A DNA stretch of 64,000 nucleotides from an uncultured Porphyromonadaceae bacterium (lineage in GTDB: Bacteria; Bacteroidota; Bacteroidia; Bacteroidales; Barnesiellaceae_A), in contig CALATP010000049.1 of the NCBI GenBank assembly GCA_937891845.1, forward strand, positions 103,743 to 167,742. The letters run 5' to 3'. Both the position numbers and the translations under genes were made by a program. The notes beneath the pieces were generated by a model, which saw only the letters and a program-made list of their open reading frames with translations, did no database searches and was not told where the DNA came from. Positions 30,697-39,992 of the stretch are shown here, piece after piece. Each line of letters opens with the position of its first letter. Position 1 is the first letter of the stretch.

Positions 30697-32361
30697 TTAT
30701 AGTTTAGGCTGTAACGGTGACACTGATTTAACATCATCTGTAATGCTGGCATCCGTAACAGTGGTAGAGTCTTCAGCTACTGATATATCTACGTTACGGC
30801 CAACACTACGAAAAATATCATCTTTATCGGCAGGGCGCTCATTTTCAAACCATTTATACCTAGATAAATATAAGTCGGAAGGAGTCAACATCTCAAGAGG
30901 ATACATTTTACCTGCAACCGACGGCCACATTACCATCTTATTTAGCTTTTGTTCTTCTAGATAGATATTAAGGAAACTGGCATCACTATTAAACATTCCC
31001 ACAATGGTAGAATCACTTTCTTGCGGATAAAAAATAGCACGAACATTTCCAAGTCCTTCTATCAGTTTCATTTCGCCATTCTCAAAATATGCTTTAATTT
31101 CGTTACATTCCAACTGATCATAGTAAGGTTTATCCTTGAGTTGAGTGGCAAATGCAGAGTTAATGACGTGTGCCCAATCGACTGTTGAATCATTAAAAAA
31201 TATGCGAATGGTGTCACCAAAAATTTGCTGCTCACCACTCCACATAATAGGATTGTCGTAGAGAGTAAGAGTACTATCGCGAGATACATATTGCAAAGAA
31301 TCGCATACACCTTGAGCATCTACCCTGAAAAATCGCACTCCATAGAACGCACGTAGCACTCTTGTCGAATCGGTATCAAGATAGGACAACAGAGTATCGG
31401 CATGCATATACAACGTATCTTTATGTGAAAACTCAAGTACTCGCGCACTATCGGTAGCAAATCCGTATTCGGTCTTTTCATTGTACAAGCCATAGTTGCC
31501 CTCCATTATTACCGAACGAGTCGAGTCTATCATAAACATATTACCAAAGGCCTCTCCTACTCCTAGATTTCGGTCATAAAATAGCGTATCACCTATGAGC
31601 AGGGTGCTATCGCCATAAAGTTGAGATCGCTCCAGTAGCATAGCATAGTTGTTGGAAGTATCATACCAACCTAATGTTGTAACTATTGTATTACTATCTG
31701 ATACTATGGTAGATGGGCCATACAGATAACTGACATTCGTAGTTGTGTTATATGTGAGTGTATCGGAGTATATAACATATTCTTCGTTGGTAAGCACTAC
31801 GTTGTAATTAAACATTGCAATCTTTGTAGAAGGGCTATATTCACCATATACCGAAACAAGTTCATTCTCTTCATCAACAATCTTTCCACCGACAAAATAA
31901 TATCCTAGATTATCAATCATATCGTAGTTAAGGCTGTCGGTATAAAGAGTAACAGATCTATTTATCATTCGCACATTATCGCGCAACTCGGCCATTTGAG
32001 CTTGTCCATCATAGTAGAGATAATCACTGTAAATGAAGAGTGTATCTCCTTGCTCCATTCTTACATTTCCAAAGGCATCAAGCGAATTGTTAGCATCATA
32101 GAAGTACGCACTATCACAGTACATATACATACTATCCTTACGAAATGTAACGTTGCCGTGTAACACCTTATATTCGGCACTCATAGCAGCATCAAAAGTA
32201 AGCGAGTCGGCGTGTAATAGATAGACTTTTTCTTTTACTTGCTTGGTAGAAGTAGTAGTTGTTTGTCGGGGTTGCACAGATTGTCCCACCTGTGGCAATG
32301 CAAATATAGATATTGCCACAGAGAGTATAAATATAATGGGTAATATGCGCGACTTGTTCAT
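30697..32361 (-). CDS. OstA-like (LptA/LptD N-terminal-like) repeat protein, secreted
   Basis: Signal peptide and repeated beta-jellyroll-like units (L.AD...YD........GNV......D.L..D...Y). The envelope-chaperone gene neighbourhood supports the call. Confidence 0.6.
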   Translation of the reverse strand: MNKSRILPIIFILSVAISIFALPQVGQSVQPRQTTTTSTKQVKEKVYLLHADSLTFDAAMSAEYKVLHGNVTFRKDSMYMYCDSAYFYDANNSLDAFGNVRMEQGDTLFIYSDYLYYDGQAQMAELRDNVRMINRSVTLYTDSLNYDMIDNLGYYFVGGKIVDEENELVSVYGEYSPSTKIAMFNYNVVLTNEEYVIYSDTLTYNTTTNVSYLYGPSTIVSDSNTIVTTLGWYDTSNNYAMLLERSQLYGDSTLLIGDTLFYDRNLGVGEAFGNMFMIDSTRSVIMEGNYGLYNEKTEYGFATDSARVLEFSHKDTLYMHADTLLSYLDTDSTRVLRAFYGVRFFRVDAQGVCDSLQYVSRDSTLTLYDNPIMWSGEQQIFGDTIRIFFNDSTVDWAHVINSAFATQLKDKPYYDQLECNEIKAYFENGEMKLIEGLGNVRAIFYPQESDSTIVGMFNSDASFLNIYLEEQKLNKMVMWPSVAGKMYPLEMLTPSDLYLSRYKWFENERPADKDDIFRSVGRNVDISVAEDSTTVTDASITDDVKSVSPLQPKL

Positions 32362-32379
32362 CTTATTTTTCGTGGTATA

Positions 32380-33747
32380 TTATCGTTGTTTTACCCAACC
32401 ATCATATTTAAAATCGCAATTGCGCCAACCTTCTTTTATGCGCACAAATGTCTCTTTTTGTTTTTTTGAAATCCACTCTTCAAGAATATCGGCACGTTTT
32501 TTAGCTTCGAGCATATTGGCTATTACTTGATAATCGGTAACCAAATCGGCTCGGTGTGCTGCTCTACGCGAGCGCAACTTGACAATCATAACAACTTCTT
32601 TATTGGTCTTAACATCCATTGTTACAAAAGGCATCGAAATTTCACCTTCTTGCATATTGGCGATAGTACGAGCTATATCTTGTGGCAACTCACCCATTTC
32701 AAAGCGTGTTGAACCGGTATTGGGATTACTCATCAAGCCTTCATTGTAGCGGCTGTCTTTGTCTTGTGACACGTATGCAGCAGTGTTTTCAAAAGTGAAT
32801 GTTCCTGCCATAATATCGTTACGAACTGAATCTAAAAGATGTTTGGCCGACTCGATATCTTTATTTGAGACACGAGGTCTCATAAGGATGTGACGGCAAT
32901 TGATTTGATCACCGCGCTTCTCTATCAATTGTATTATGTGATAACCAAACTCGGTTTCAACAATTTTAGACACTTTGGTAGGGTCACTCAGATTGAAAGC
33001 AACAGCAGCAAATTCAGGAGCCAATGTACCTTTACTAACGAAACCCAATTCACCACCGCGCATCGCACTTCCGGGGTCTTCCGAGTGGAGTATGGCAAGA
33101 GTAGAAAATTCTCTTTCGCCCGAATTGACTTGTTCCGAGAACTCACGCAACTGAGCCTTTACATTATCAATCTCTTGCTGTGGCACTTGTGGATATATGG
33201 CAATAACTTGAACTTCAACTTGTAGAGGAATAATAGGCAGACTATCTTGAGGTAAGCTATTGAAATAGCGACGTACTTCGGCAGGCGATACTTTTATATC
33301 ACTTACGAGTGTGCGTTGTACTTCTTGAACGATACTATTGTTGCGTACATACTCCGATAATTCTTCACGTATATCATTCATTGATTTTCGGAAGTATTCT
33401 TCAACTTTCTCTTTCGAGCCCAACTGTTCAATAAAATAGTTTATACGCATATCCACCTCTTGTTGAACAGATGTTTCGGGAACGATGATTGTATCAAGTT
33501 TAGCCTGATGCAGATACAACTTCTGTATAGCCATCATTTCGGGTATAACGCAATAAGGATCACCATCAATTTCTTGTCCTTCATACTGCATTTGACGTAT
33601 GTGGGTTTCTACCTCCGAACGATATATTGGCTCATCACCTACAACCCATACAACTTCTTCTATGATATTGTTGTGTGTGACTTGTGCTACTGCTATAGGT
33701 ACAATTATTAATAATAAAATTCCTATTATCAGAATTGTCTTTTTCAT
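32380..33747 (-). CDS. SurA-like periplasmic chaperone / parvulin-type peptidyl-prolyl isomerase
   Basis: Signal peptide, a SurA-N-like region, and a parvulin core (RHILMRP ... GGELGFV ... FGYHIIQL). Confidence 0.8.
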   Translation of the reverse strand: MKKTILIIGILLLIIVPIAVAQVTHNNIIEEVVWVVGDEPIYRSEVETHIRQMQYEGQEIDGDPYCVIPEMMAIQKLYLHQAKLDTIIVPETSVQQEVDMRINYFIEQLGSKEKVEEYFRKSMNDIREELSEYVRNNSIVQEVQRTLVSDIKVSPAEVRRYFNSLPQDSLPIIPLQVEVQVIAIYPQVPQQEIDNVKAQLREFSEQVNSGEREFSTLAILHSEDPGSAMRGGELGFVSKGTLAPEFAAVAFNLSDPTKVSKIVETEFGYHIIQLIEKRGDQINCRHILMRPRVSNKDIESAKHLLDSVRNDIMAGTFTFENTAAYVSQDKDSRYNEGLMSNPNTGSTRFEMGELPQDIARTIANMQEGEISMPFVTMDVKTNKEVVMIVKLRSRRAAHRADLVTDYQVIANMLEAKKRADILEEWISKKQKETFVRIKEGWRNCDFKYDGWVKQR

Positions 33748-33763
33748 ATCTTATTCATTTAAT

Positions 33764-34645
33764 CTATTCAACATTGATGCTGTCGTTGTCCGAATTATAG
33801 AACTTCTCAACCATACCTTGATGCAGTGCTTCTTCATACAGCTCTTGCTCAAGTTCTCGATTAAAATTGATACGATACTCATTGAGTAAAATTTCTATAA
33901 TTCTTTTACGTGCAAATTCATAGGGCATTACATCTCCTGTATTGAGATATTTATCAACGTGTAGCAAGTATATAATATCTTCATTTCGACATTCGAGTAC
34001 TTTATTCTTTCTCAAGAAAGTATCATCATTATCAAAATCATAGGGAATATTATCTTTAATATCATCAAACCACACCCATTTATCAAAAAAATAGTCATAG
34101 CCAATAGCATTTTTAATGGCATATTTTTCTATTTTTTCGATTGCTTGATCATCGGCCGATTTTACCCACTTGCGTATATTGGATAATTGTGGAGTATTAT
34201 ACGGAACTTTTAGGAGCAGTCCGCTTATTATAGGTTTGTGTAGAAGAAAATCTTGCTTATGCTCTTCATAGAATTTTACAAGTGTATCTTCCGGAATATC
34301 ATCAGAGAGCCTTTCGTTACTCAGCCTCGTGCGATATTCGTGACTGAAAAGATCTCTACGATAAGCTTCTACCATTTCATCCAGATGTTTGGTGTCAGGC
34401 AGATTCTTGCGTGCTACATTATATACCAATTGTGAAGTAATCCAACTATCTACATATTTATCGGTAAAAGCTACACGAGCCGAGTCGGAAAGTCCTTCCG
34501 GCATATCGGCATCGAGTTGTTCTTGTGTAAGCATTACCGAACCAACACGAGCCAATACATTATCAGCAGGCTTTTGATTACTACTGCATCCCCATACCGA
34601 CAGTATGAGGATGCAAGTACAAGCTATGTAATATAATCTGTTCAC
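33764..34645 (-). CDS. lipoprotein related to the SurA/PpiD N-terminal chaperone domain; parvulin motifs not recognisable
   Basis: GTG start, with no upstream ATG before the lipobox-like VWGC. The position between two parvulin genes supports the call. The catalytic His and GG.LG motifs are absent. Confidence 0.5.
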   Translation of the reverse strand: MNRLYYIACTCILILSVWGCSSNQKPADNVLARVGSVMLTQEQLDADMPEGLSDSARVAFTDKYVDSWITSQLVYNVARKNLPDTKHLDEMVEAYRRDLFSHEYRTRLSNERLSDDIPEDTLVKFYEEHKQDFLLHKPIISGLLLKVPYNTPQLSNIRKWVKSADDQAIEKIEKYAIKNAIGYDYFFDKWVWFDDIKDNIPYDFDNDDTFLRKNKVLECRNEDIIYLLHVDKYLNTGDVMPYEFARKRIIEILLNEYRINFNRELEQELYEEALHQGMVEKFYNSDNDSINVE

Positions 34646-34698
34646 TACTTACTTATATTTTGCCTATAAAAGTACAAATAAAAGACAAAATCGGCATA

Positions 34699-36627
34699 CT
34701 AGTTAATAGTTTTTAATACATCTTCATTTATTTCGATTGTAGCTTCGCGATTGAGACGCTCTATCCACAATTTTTCGAGGTACTCTTGATAGTCGGCAGT
34801 AACTTGACCGCGCACATCCAAGTAGCACTCAGGATTTTTAAGTTTCTTACCCGAAACAAATACGATGGGTAGTGACTCATCACGAGAGGCTTTAGCTCCC
34901 TTGAATATCAATTCATCAACATATTTGTTGTCGCCTTCTGCAAACAAGCCTCGCTCAATAAACACATTTACAACCGAGTCATTATTGAAAGTACTATCTA
35001 TCAAAGCAACAACTTTGTCATCATCTGTTTTCTTTATCAATCGGCGTACTTCTTTGGCAATGCTATCATTGGCACAAGAAACAACAAATCCCTTGAAACG
35101 AGGACGTTCCCAACTATAGTTTTTCTTGTTTTTCTTGAAGAATTGCGCCAAACCATCTGTGTCGACCGATGCTTTAGCCCACACTTCTCGGTTACTTATT
35201 TCAAACAACAACATACCATCGCGATACTCATTGATAAGATTGCGATATTCGGGATAACGATCAACCAATGAGGCGGTTTCCAATTCAATCAATCCTAATG
35301 TGGCTTGTCGTTCAATTTCTCTATCCAACATTTGAGCCGATGTAAATCCGGGAGATACACGATGCTTGCTCAACGAATTGGCTATTTCAAAAGTTGTTAT
35401 TGTATTATTATCGTATGTAGCCAATACTATATCTTCTTTGTTTAATGCAGCAATAAATGCAGAGTCGGGATACTCGGGACATTGCGATAAAAATGCAGAA
35501 ATAGCCGACTCGTTAACAGCATAATTGTATTTGTTCTTTATGTTCTCCAAGAATACGCGGTGAGCCATTGTACCACGTTCATCACGTGACATACGTTGTG
35601 TCAATTCATAGCGCATTTCATCAAATGAACGCACATCTCTCTTATCATTGAGCATTACAATATGATATCCATATCTCGAACGTATGGGAGCCGAAAACTC
35701 ACCTACGTTGAGTGAGAAAGCTGCATCTTCAAACTCTTTTACCAAGTCACCGGTAGTACACCAAGGTAACAAACCACCTTGCGAAGCATTGGCGCGATCT
35801 TCCGATTTGTCACGAGCCATTTGAGCAAAATCGGCACCGGCCAACAGGTCATTATATATGGCTTGTGCTTCGGCTTGTTTTTGTGCTTCAACCTCGGGAG
35901 TAGCACCTTGAGGCACCATCAAGAAAATGTGCGAACATAAGCGATCTCCACGGTCGGGACGAACGCTGTGAACCTTGATAATATGATAGCCGAATTGAGT
36001 CTCAACAGGTTGAGATACTTCACCGGCTTTCATCGCAAAAGCAACTTTTTCAAAGGGATAAATAAGTCGACCGCCTTTGATATAACCCAAATATCCACCT
36101 TTATCTTTTGAACCCGGGTCTTCAGAATATTGTGCAGCAAGTTGTGTAAAGTCCTCTCCGGCAATAGCCTTTGCCGCAACTTCTTGTGCTTTGGCCAGGG
36201 CTGCGGCTTTATCCTCTGCAGTAGCACCCGGTTCAATCATAATAAGAATGTGACTCAACTCTACATTCTTACAATAGTTGTCGTATGCTTCGCGCAGTAA
36301 GCGTTCCTCGGTTTCCAAGTCGGTCAAGTATGGACGAGCCAACTCTTCACGATAACCATTGAGTTCTTGAATAAATGCCGCAGTTGTATCAATACCGGCC
36401 TGCTCGGCAGCATCTACTTTGAGCTTATAATTGATAAAAAGAGGTAAGTATTCATCCAGATTTTTAAGTTCAATCTGTTGTCTATTATTCTTATTGTAAA
36501 TATATTCAAATTCTGATTTTGTAATATCTTTTCCGTTTATAGTCATCAAGACAGCATCATCTTGAGCAAATGATGACACAGAAAACATAGCAGCAACAAG
36601 TGCCGACAGTATCCAACGTTTCTTCAT
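34699..36627 (-). CDS. periplasmic peptidyl-prolyl isomerase with two parvulin domains
   Basis: Signal peptide from ATG 36627 (MKKRWILSALVAAMFSVSSFA). Two parvulin cores end in FGYHIIKV and YGYHIVML. Confidence 0.8.
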   Translation of the reverse strand: MKKRWILSALVAAMFSVSSFAQDDAVLMTINGKDITKSEFEYIYNKNNRQQIELKNLDEYLPLFINYKLKVDAAEQAGIDTTAAFIQELNGYREELARPYLTDLETEERLLREAYDNYCKNVELSHILIMIEPGATAEDKAAALAKAQEVAAKAIAGEDFTQLAAQYSEDPGSKDKGGYLGYIKGGRLIYPFEKVAFAMKAGEVSQPVETQFGYHIIKVHSVRPDRGDRLCSHIFLMVPQGATPEVEAQKQAEAQAIYNDLLAGADFAQMARDKSEDRANASQGGLLPWCTTGDLVKEFEDAAFSLNVGEFSAPIRSRYGYHIVMLNDKRDVRSFDEMRYELTQRMSRDERGTMAHRVFLENIKNKYNYAVNESAISAFLSQCPEYPDSAFIAALNKEDIVLATYDNNTITTFEIANSLSKHRVSPGFTSAQMLDREIERQATLGLIELETASLVDRYPEYRNLINEYRDGMLLFEISNREVWAKASVDTDGLAQFFKKNKKNYSWERPRFKGFVVSCANDSIAKEVRRLIKKTDDDKVVALIDSTFNNDSVVNVFIERGLFAEGDNKYVDELIFKGAKASRDESLPIVFVSGKKLKNPECYLDVRGQVTADYQEYLEKLWIERLNREATIEINEDVLKTIN

Positions 36628-36747
36628 AACGTACATTTTTGTGTGATAGTGATTGTTAAATTAATTTCTTTTATAAAACGAGGACAACAGACAATAAATT
36701 GTCTGTCGCCCTGTTAATATAGCTTTATATAATAAAATTAATATTCA

Positions 36748-38223
36748 TTATTGACCACGGCTATAGTTGGGTGCTTCACTTGTGATGTTAACATCGTGCG
36801 GGTGACTTTCAGCAACACCGGCATTGGTTATACGTGTAAACTTGGCCTTATGTAGCTGATCGATATTGGCAGCGCCACAATAACCCATACCGGCACGCAG
36901 ACCGCCTATCATCTGATATACAACCTCGTAAAGCGAACCTTTGTATGGTACACGGGCGGCAATACCCTCCGGAACGAGTTTCTTGGCATCCATTTCGTCT
37001 GCTTGGAAATAGCGGTCTTTTGAACCTTTTTCCATAGCTTCAAGCGAGCCCATACCTCTATACGACTTGAATTTACGGCCATTGTATATAATAGTTTCAC
37101 CGGGAGACTCTTCAACACCGGCCAACATACCACCTAGCATAACCGAATAGGCTCCTGCTGCAAGAGCTTTAACAATATCGCCAGAGTAACGAATACCACC
37201 ATCGGCAATCAAAGGCACACCTGTACCCTCCAATGCTTTGGCAACATCATATACTGCCGAGAGTTGAGGCACACCTACTCCTGCAATAACACGTGTTGTA
37301 CAGATTGAACCCGGACCAATACCTACTTTTACACCATCAGCACCGGCTTCAACAAGATATTTGGCGGCATCGCCTGTGGCAATATTACCAACTACTACAT
37401 CAAGATTGGGATACTTGGCTTTTACAGCTTTGAGTATAGTAACCACACCCTTGCTATGTCCGTGAGCTGTATCTATTACTATTGCATCGACGCCTGCTGC
37501 TACAAGAGCATCAACACGATCCATCGAGTCGCCGGTAACACCAACACCGGCAGCAACTCGCAATCTTCCCAACTCATCCTTACAAGCATAAGGTTTATCT
37601 TTGGCTTTTGTTATATCTTTATATGTTACCAAACCAATCAAGTGGTTATCCTTATCAACAACAGGCAACTTTTCGATTTTATGCTTTTGAAGAATATCGG
37701 CAGCCTCTTGCAAATCGGTTGTTTGGGTTGTAGTAACAAGATTTTCCTTAGTCATCACATCATCGACAAGCGAATTGAGATTGCGTTCAAAACGCAAGTC
37801 ACGATTGGTGACAATACCCACTAATTTGCAATCTTCATCAACAACAGGTATGCCTCCGATGTGGTATTCTTTCATCATAGCAAGAGCATCACCTACGGTA
37901 GAACCTCGTGTAATTGTAACAGGATCATATATCATACCGTTTTCGGCTCGTTTTACAGCGTGCACCTGACGTGCTTGCTCGGCTATGGGCATATTTTTAT
38001 GAATAACACCTATACCACCTTCGCGAGCTATGGCAATAGCCAACTTGGCTTCGGTAACAGTATCCATAGCTGCCGAAACGATAGGTACATTCAATTGAAT
38101 ATTGCGTGAAAACTTTGTCGAGAGTTCGACATTACGAGGGAGAACCTCTGAATAGGCCGGGATTAACAAGACATCATCAAATGTCAATCCGTCCATAACT
38201 ACCTTATCTGCAATAAATGACAT
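36748..38223 (-). CDS. guaB: IMP dehydrogenase
   Basis: 491 aa. Catalytic loop [11 protein letters not shown], a CBS pair insert, and GGIRYSGD. Confidence 0.93.
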   Translation of the reverse strand: MSFIADKVVMDGLTFDDVLLIPAYSEVLPRNVELSTKFSRNIQLNVPIVSAAMDTVTEAKLAIAIAREGGIGVIHKNMPIAEQARQVHAVKRAENGMIYDPVTITRGSTVGDALAMMKEYHIGGIPVVDEDCKLVGIVTNRDLRFERNLNSLVDDVMTKENLVTTTQTTDLQEAADILQKHKIEKLPVVDKDNHLIGLVTYKDITKAKDKPYACKDELGRLRVAAGVGVTGDSMDRVDALVAAGVDAIVIDTAHGHSKGVVTILKAVKAKYPNLDVVVGNIATGDAAKYLVEAGADGVKVGIGPGSICTTRVIAGVGVPQLSAVYDVAKALEGTGVPLIADGGIRYSGDIVKALAAGAYSVMLGGMLAGVEESPGETIIYNGRKFKSYRGMGSLEAMEKGSKDRYFQADEMDAKKLVPEGIAARVPYKGSLYEVVYQMIGGLRAGMGYCGAANIDQLHKAKFTRITNAGVAESHPHDVNITSEAPNYSRGQ

Positions 38224-38465
38224 AATGTATAAGCATTAAATTTTATTGCACGCAAAGTTACATATAATTCGGCAAAAAATCATAGCATCTTAAATATTTT
38301 TTTTGTAAAAATGCACTCAAGGCCGACTATCAAACTCAATAATACATATTAATATTACATATATGTACAACAAGCCACCATCATCCACACTATTATTGCT
38401 AATAAAACCGGTTAGCTTCTACACATAATAATAATTAATATTTCAACACTGAAAAGTCAAACATC

Positions 38466-38930
38466 CTACCCTTCCCACATATCCCAAATGGCTTTTACTT
38501 GCTTGAAACCATTTTCCAATTTTATCATATTTACGACCATAAATTTATAAAACTCATCCCATTGAGCCTGACGATGAATATCAAGCCCCGACTGCATACA
38601 ATAAATACGAATAACTCTTTTACCGCAATCTTTTACATAATTCACATCCCATATAAGTGATTCTTCAAAATCACACTCAAGCAAACTCTTGTTTTCTAAA
38701 AAATGGTTATATAATTTTTCTTGTTGTTCTTCACTACGATGATCAATTTCCAAAATTACATAAGCGCCATCACGAGTTGCATCAAACTTCATTGCTACAC
38801 CTTTCATTCGTGTATTATGCAGCATAAATTTATGCTTGCGAGACTGTAATTCGGGATATTGCTCGGCATACGCACTGAGTCCATCCCAAAATCTTTTTTT
38901 CAATTCTCTTACTTCGTCTTTTGAATACAT
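38466..38930 (-). CDS. DUF4268-like protein
   Basis: 154 aa. The N-terminal RFWDGL...-type motif and the size fit my recollection of DUF4268. There are no catalytic motifs. Confidence 0.5.
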   Translation of the reverse strand: MYSKDEVRELKKRFWDGLSAYAEQYPELQSRKHKFMLHNTRMKGVAMKFDATRDGAYVILEIDHRSEEQQEKLYNHFLENKSLLECDFEESLIWDVNYVKDCGKRVIRIYCMQSGLDIHRQAQWDEFYKFMVVNMIKLENGFKQVKAIWDMWEG

Positions 38931-39088
38931 ATGTAAATGCTTTATAAGACTTAAAATTCATATTACGGCAAGCAAAGATACAATAAATTTTAGAATATAT
39001 TAAACAACCCATTTATACTCGCCGGGATGAATATTTATACAAATACAAACCAAGAATATTAGAAAAATTTAAAAATATTGCAAAAATA

Positions 39089-39119
39089 TTTGTATTTATA
39101 AAAAAATATACTAAATTTG
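39089..39119 (+). promoter_or_regulatory. Bacteroides-type promoter (orphan)
   Basis: TTTG at 39089-39092 and TAAATTTG at 39112-39119, with a 19-bp spacer. Confidence 0.45.
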
Positions 39120-39123
39120 CCTT

Positions 39124-39197
39124 TGAAGAACCTTTTCATCATACTTGTTATATGTTAAAGCCGACTAGTGCGCGATGCATTGGTCGGCATTTTTTTA
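39124..39197 (+). ncRNA. candidate ~70-nt small RNA or leader transcript (promoter to intrinsic terminator)
   Basis: Starts about 5 nt after the -7 box. Ends in the hairpin GCCGAC(39160-39165)...GTCGGC(39183-39188) followed by ATTTTTTT. No plus-strand gene lies upstream that this terminator could serve. Confidence 0.3.
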
Positions 39198-39230
39198 TCA
39201 TCAACACTAGAGAAAAATATAATTTAGTTG

Positions 39231-39238
39231 TAATTTTG
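39231..39238 (+). promoter_or_regulatory. -7 box upstream of the DMT gene
   Basis: TAATTTTG lies 30 nt before the ATG at 39268. I saw no clear -33 TTTG. Confidence 0.3.
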
Positions 39239-39267
39239 CGGCCGATTAAAAACGAACAACCAAAATT

Positions 39268-39636
39268 ATGCGCGCAATTATTACCATCGTTCTGCTTATT
39301 ATATCAAATGTTTTTATGACATTTGCTTGGTATGGACACCTCAAACTACAAGAAACAAAAGTTGTAAGCAACTGGCCATTGTATGGCGTAATATTACTTT
39401 CGTGGGGTATTGCGCTATTTGAATACTGCTTCCAAGTACCGGCCAATCGTATGGGTTTCAGAGAGAATGGAGGTCCTTTCTCATTGATGCAACTCAAAAT
39501 CATTCAAGAAGTTATAACACTGGTGGTATTTACAATCTTTTCTACCCTACTCTTTAAAGGCGAGTCGTTGCAATGGAATCACATCGCAGCATTCTTATGC
39601 TTGATAGGTGCTGTTTACTTTGTTTTTATGAAGTAA
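39268..39636 (+). CDS. DMT-superfamily small membrane protein (DUF486 family)
   Basis: 122 aa with four hydrophobic helices. The FAWYGHLK and FEYCFQVPANR motifs are characteristic of DUF486. Confidence 0.75.
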   Translation: MRAIITIVLLIISNVFMTFAWYGHLKLQETKVVSNWPLYGVILLSWGIALFEYCFQVPANRMGFRENGGPFSLMQLKIIQEVITLVVFTIFSTLLFKGESLQWNHIAAFLCLIGAVYFVFMK

Positions 39637-39842
39637 TACTTTCGTCGTTATCGTCGTCGTATCCCATTGTAATCTTGACCTTATCACCGGGATTGAAAAT
39701 GATGTCTCTCTCAGGTAATACGGTACCATCGGTATTGTCTCTAGTCAGATAAGGATTAAGCGGGAGAGTTATTTCGGCTGTATCGAAAATATCGGTAACA
39801 GATTTTTTGATAGTTACGGCAGACGGTTTGATAGAACGCACA
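39626..39842 (-). pseudogene. ~70-codon fragment resembling the N-terminus of a phage late-control-D / baseplate-hub (gpD-like) protein
   Basis: Translation (V)RSIKPSAVTIKKSVTDIFDTAEITLPLNPYLTRDNTDGTVLPERDIIFNPGDKVKITMGYDDDNDESITS*. The pattern vtD..f..a.i.L......DG.v.lP......G..v.i.lGy recalls the P2 gpD N-terminus (from memory). There is no ATG, and the stop overlaps the DMT gene end. Confidence 0.3.
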
Positions 39843-39884
39843 AAAGAAATTAAAAGGTTATTAAATAAAAAGTTGCTGAAAAAT

Positions 39885-39915
39885 TTTGTAGTTAGGAAAA
39901 ATGGTTGTACATTTG
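39885..39915 (+). promoter_or_regulatory. Bacteroides-type promoter (orphan, inside the islet)
   Basis: TTTG at 39885-39888 and TACATTTG at 39908-39915, with a 19-bp spacer. Confidence 0.45.
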
Positions 39916-39919
39916 TAGT

Positions 39920-39991
39920 GCTCTGTGCGGGGTGGGGGCTGTTGCCTATCCTCGCTGTTGAGGAGTAATGGGAGGGAGACCTCCCTTTTTT
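39920..39991 (+). ncRNA. candidate ~70-nt GC-rich small RNA, convergent with and abutting the nuclease-like ORF
   Basis: Transcript model CUCUGUGCGGGGUGGGGGCUGUUGCCUAUCCUCGCUGUUGAGGAGUAAUGGGAGGGAGACCUCCCUUUUUU. The terminator is GGGAGG-GAGA-CCUCCC followed by U6. The heptamer GCUGUUG occurs twice (39938-39944 and 39954-39960) in potential hairpin loops. Confidence 0.35.
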
Positions 39992-39992
39992 A

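Noticed and set aside
39124-39267. A riboswitch upstream of the DMT transporter gene.
   Set aside because: The sequence between the predicted TSS and the terminator stem is only ~35 nt, too short for known aptamers, and I recognise no conserved riboswitch motif. I kept it only as a candidate sRNA or short leader.
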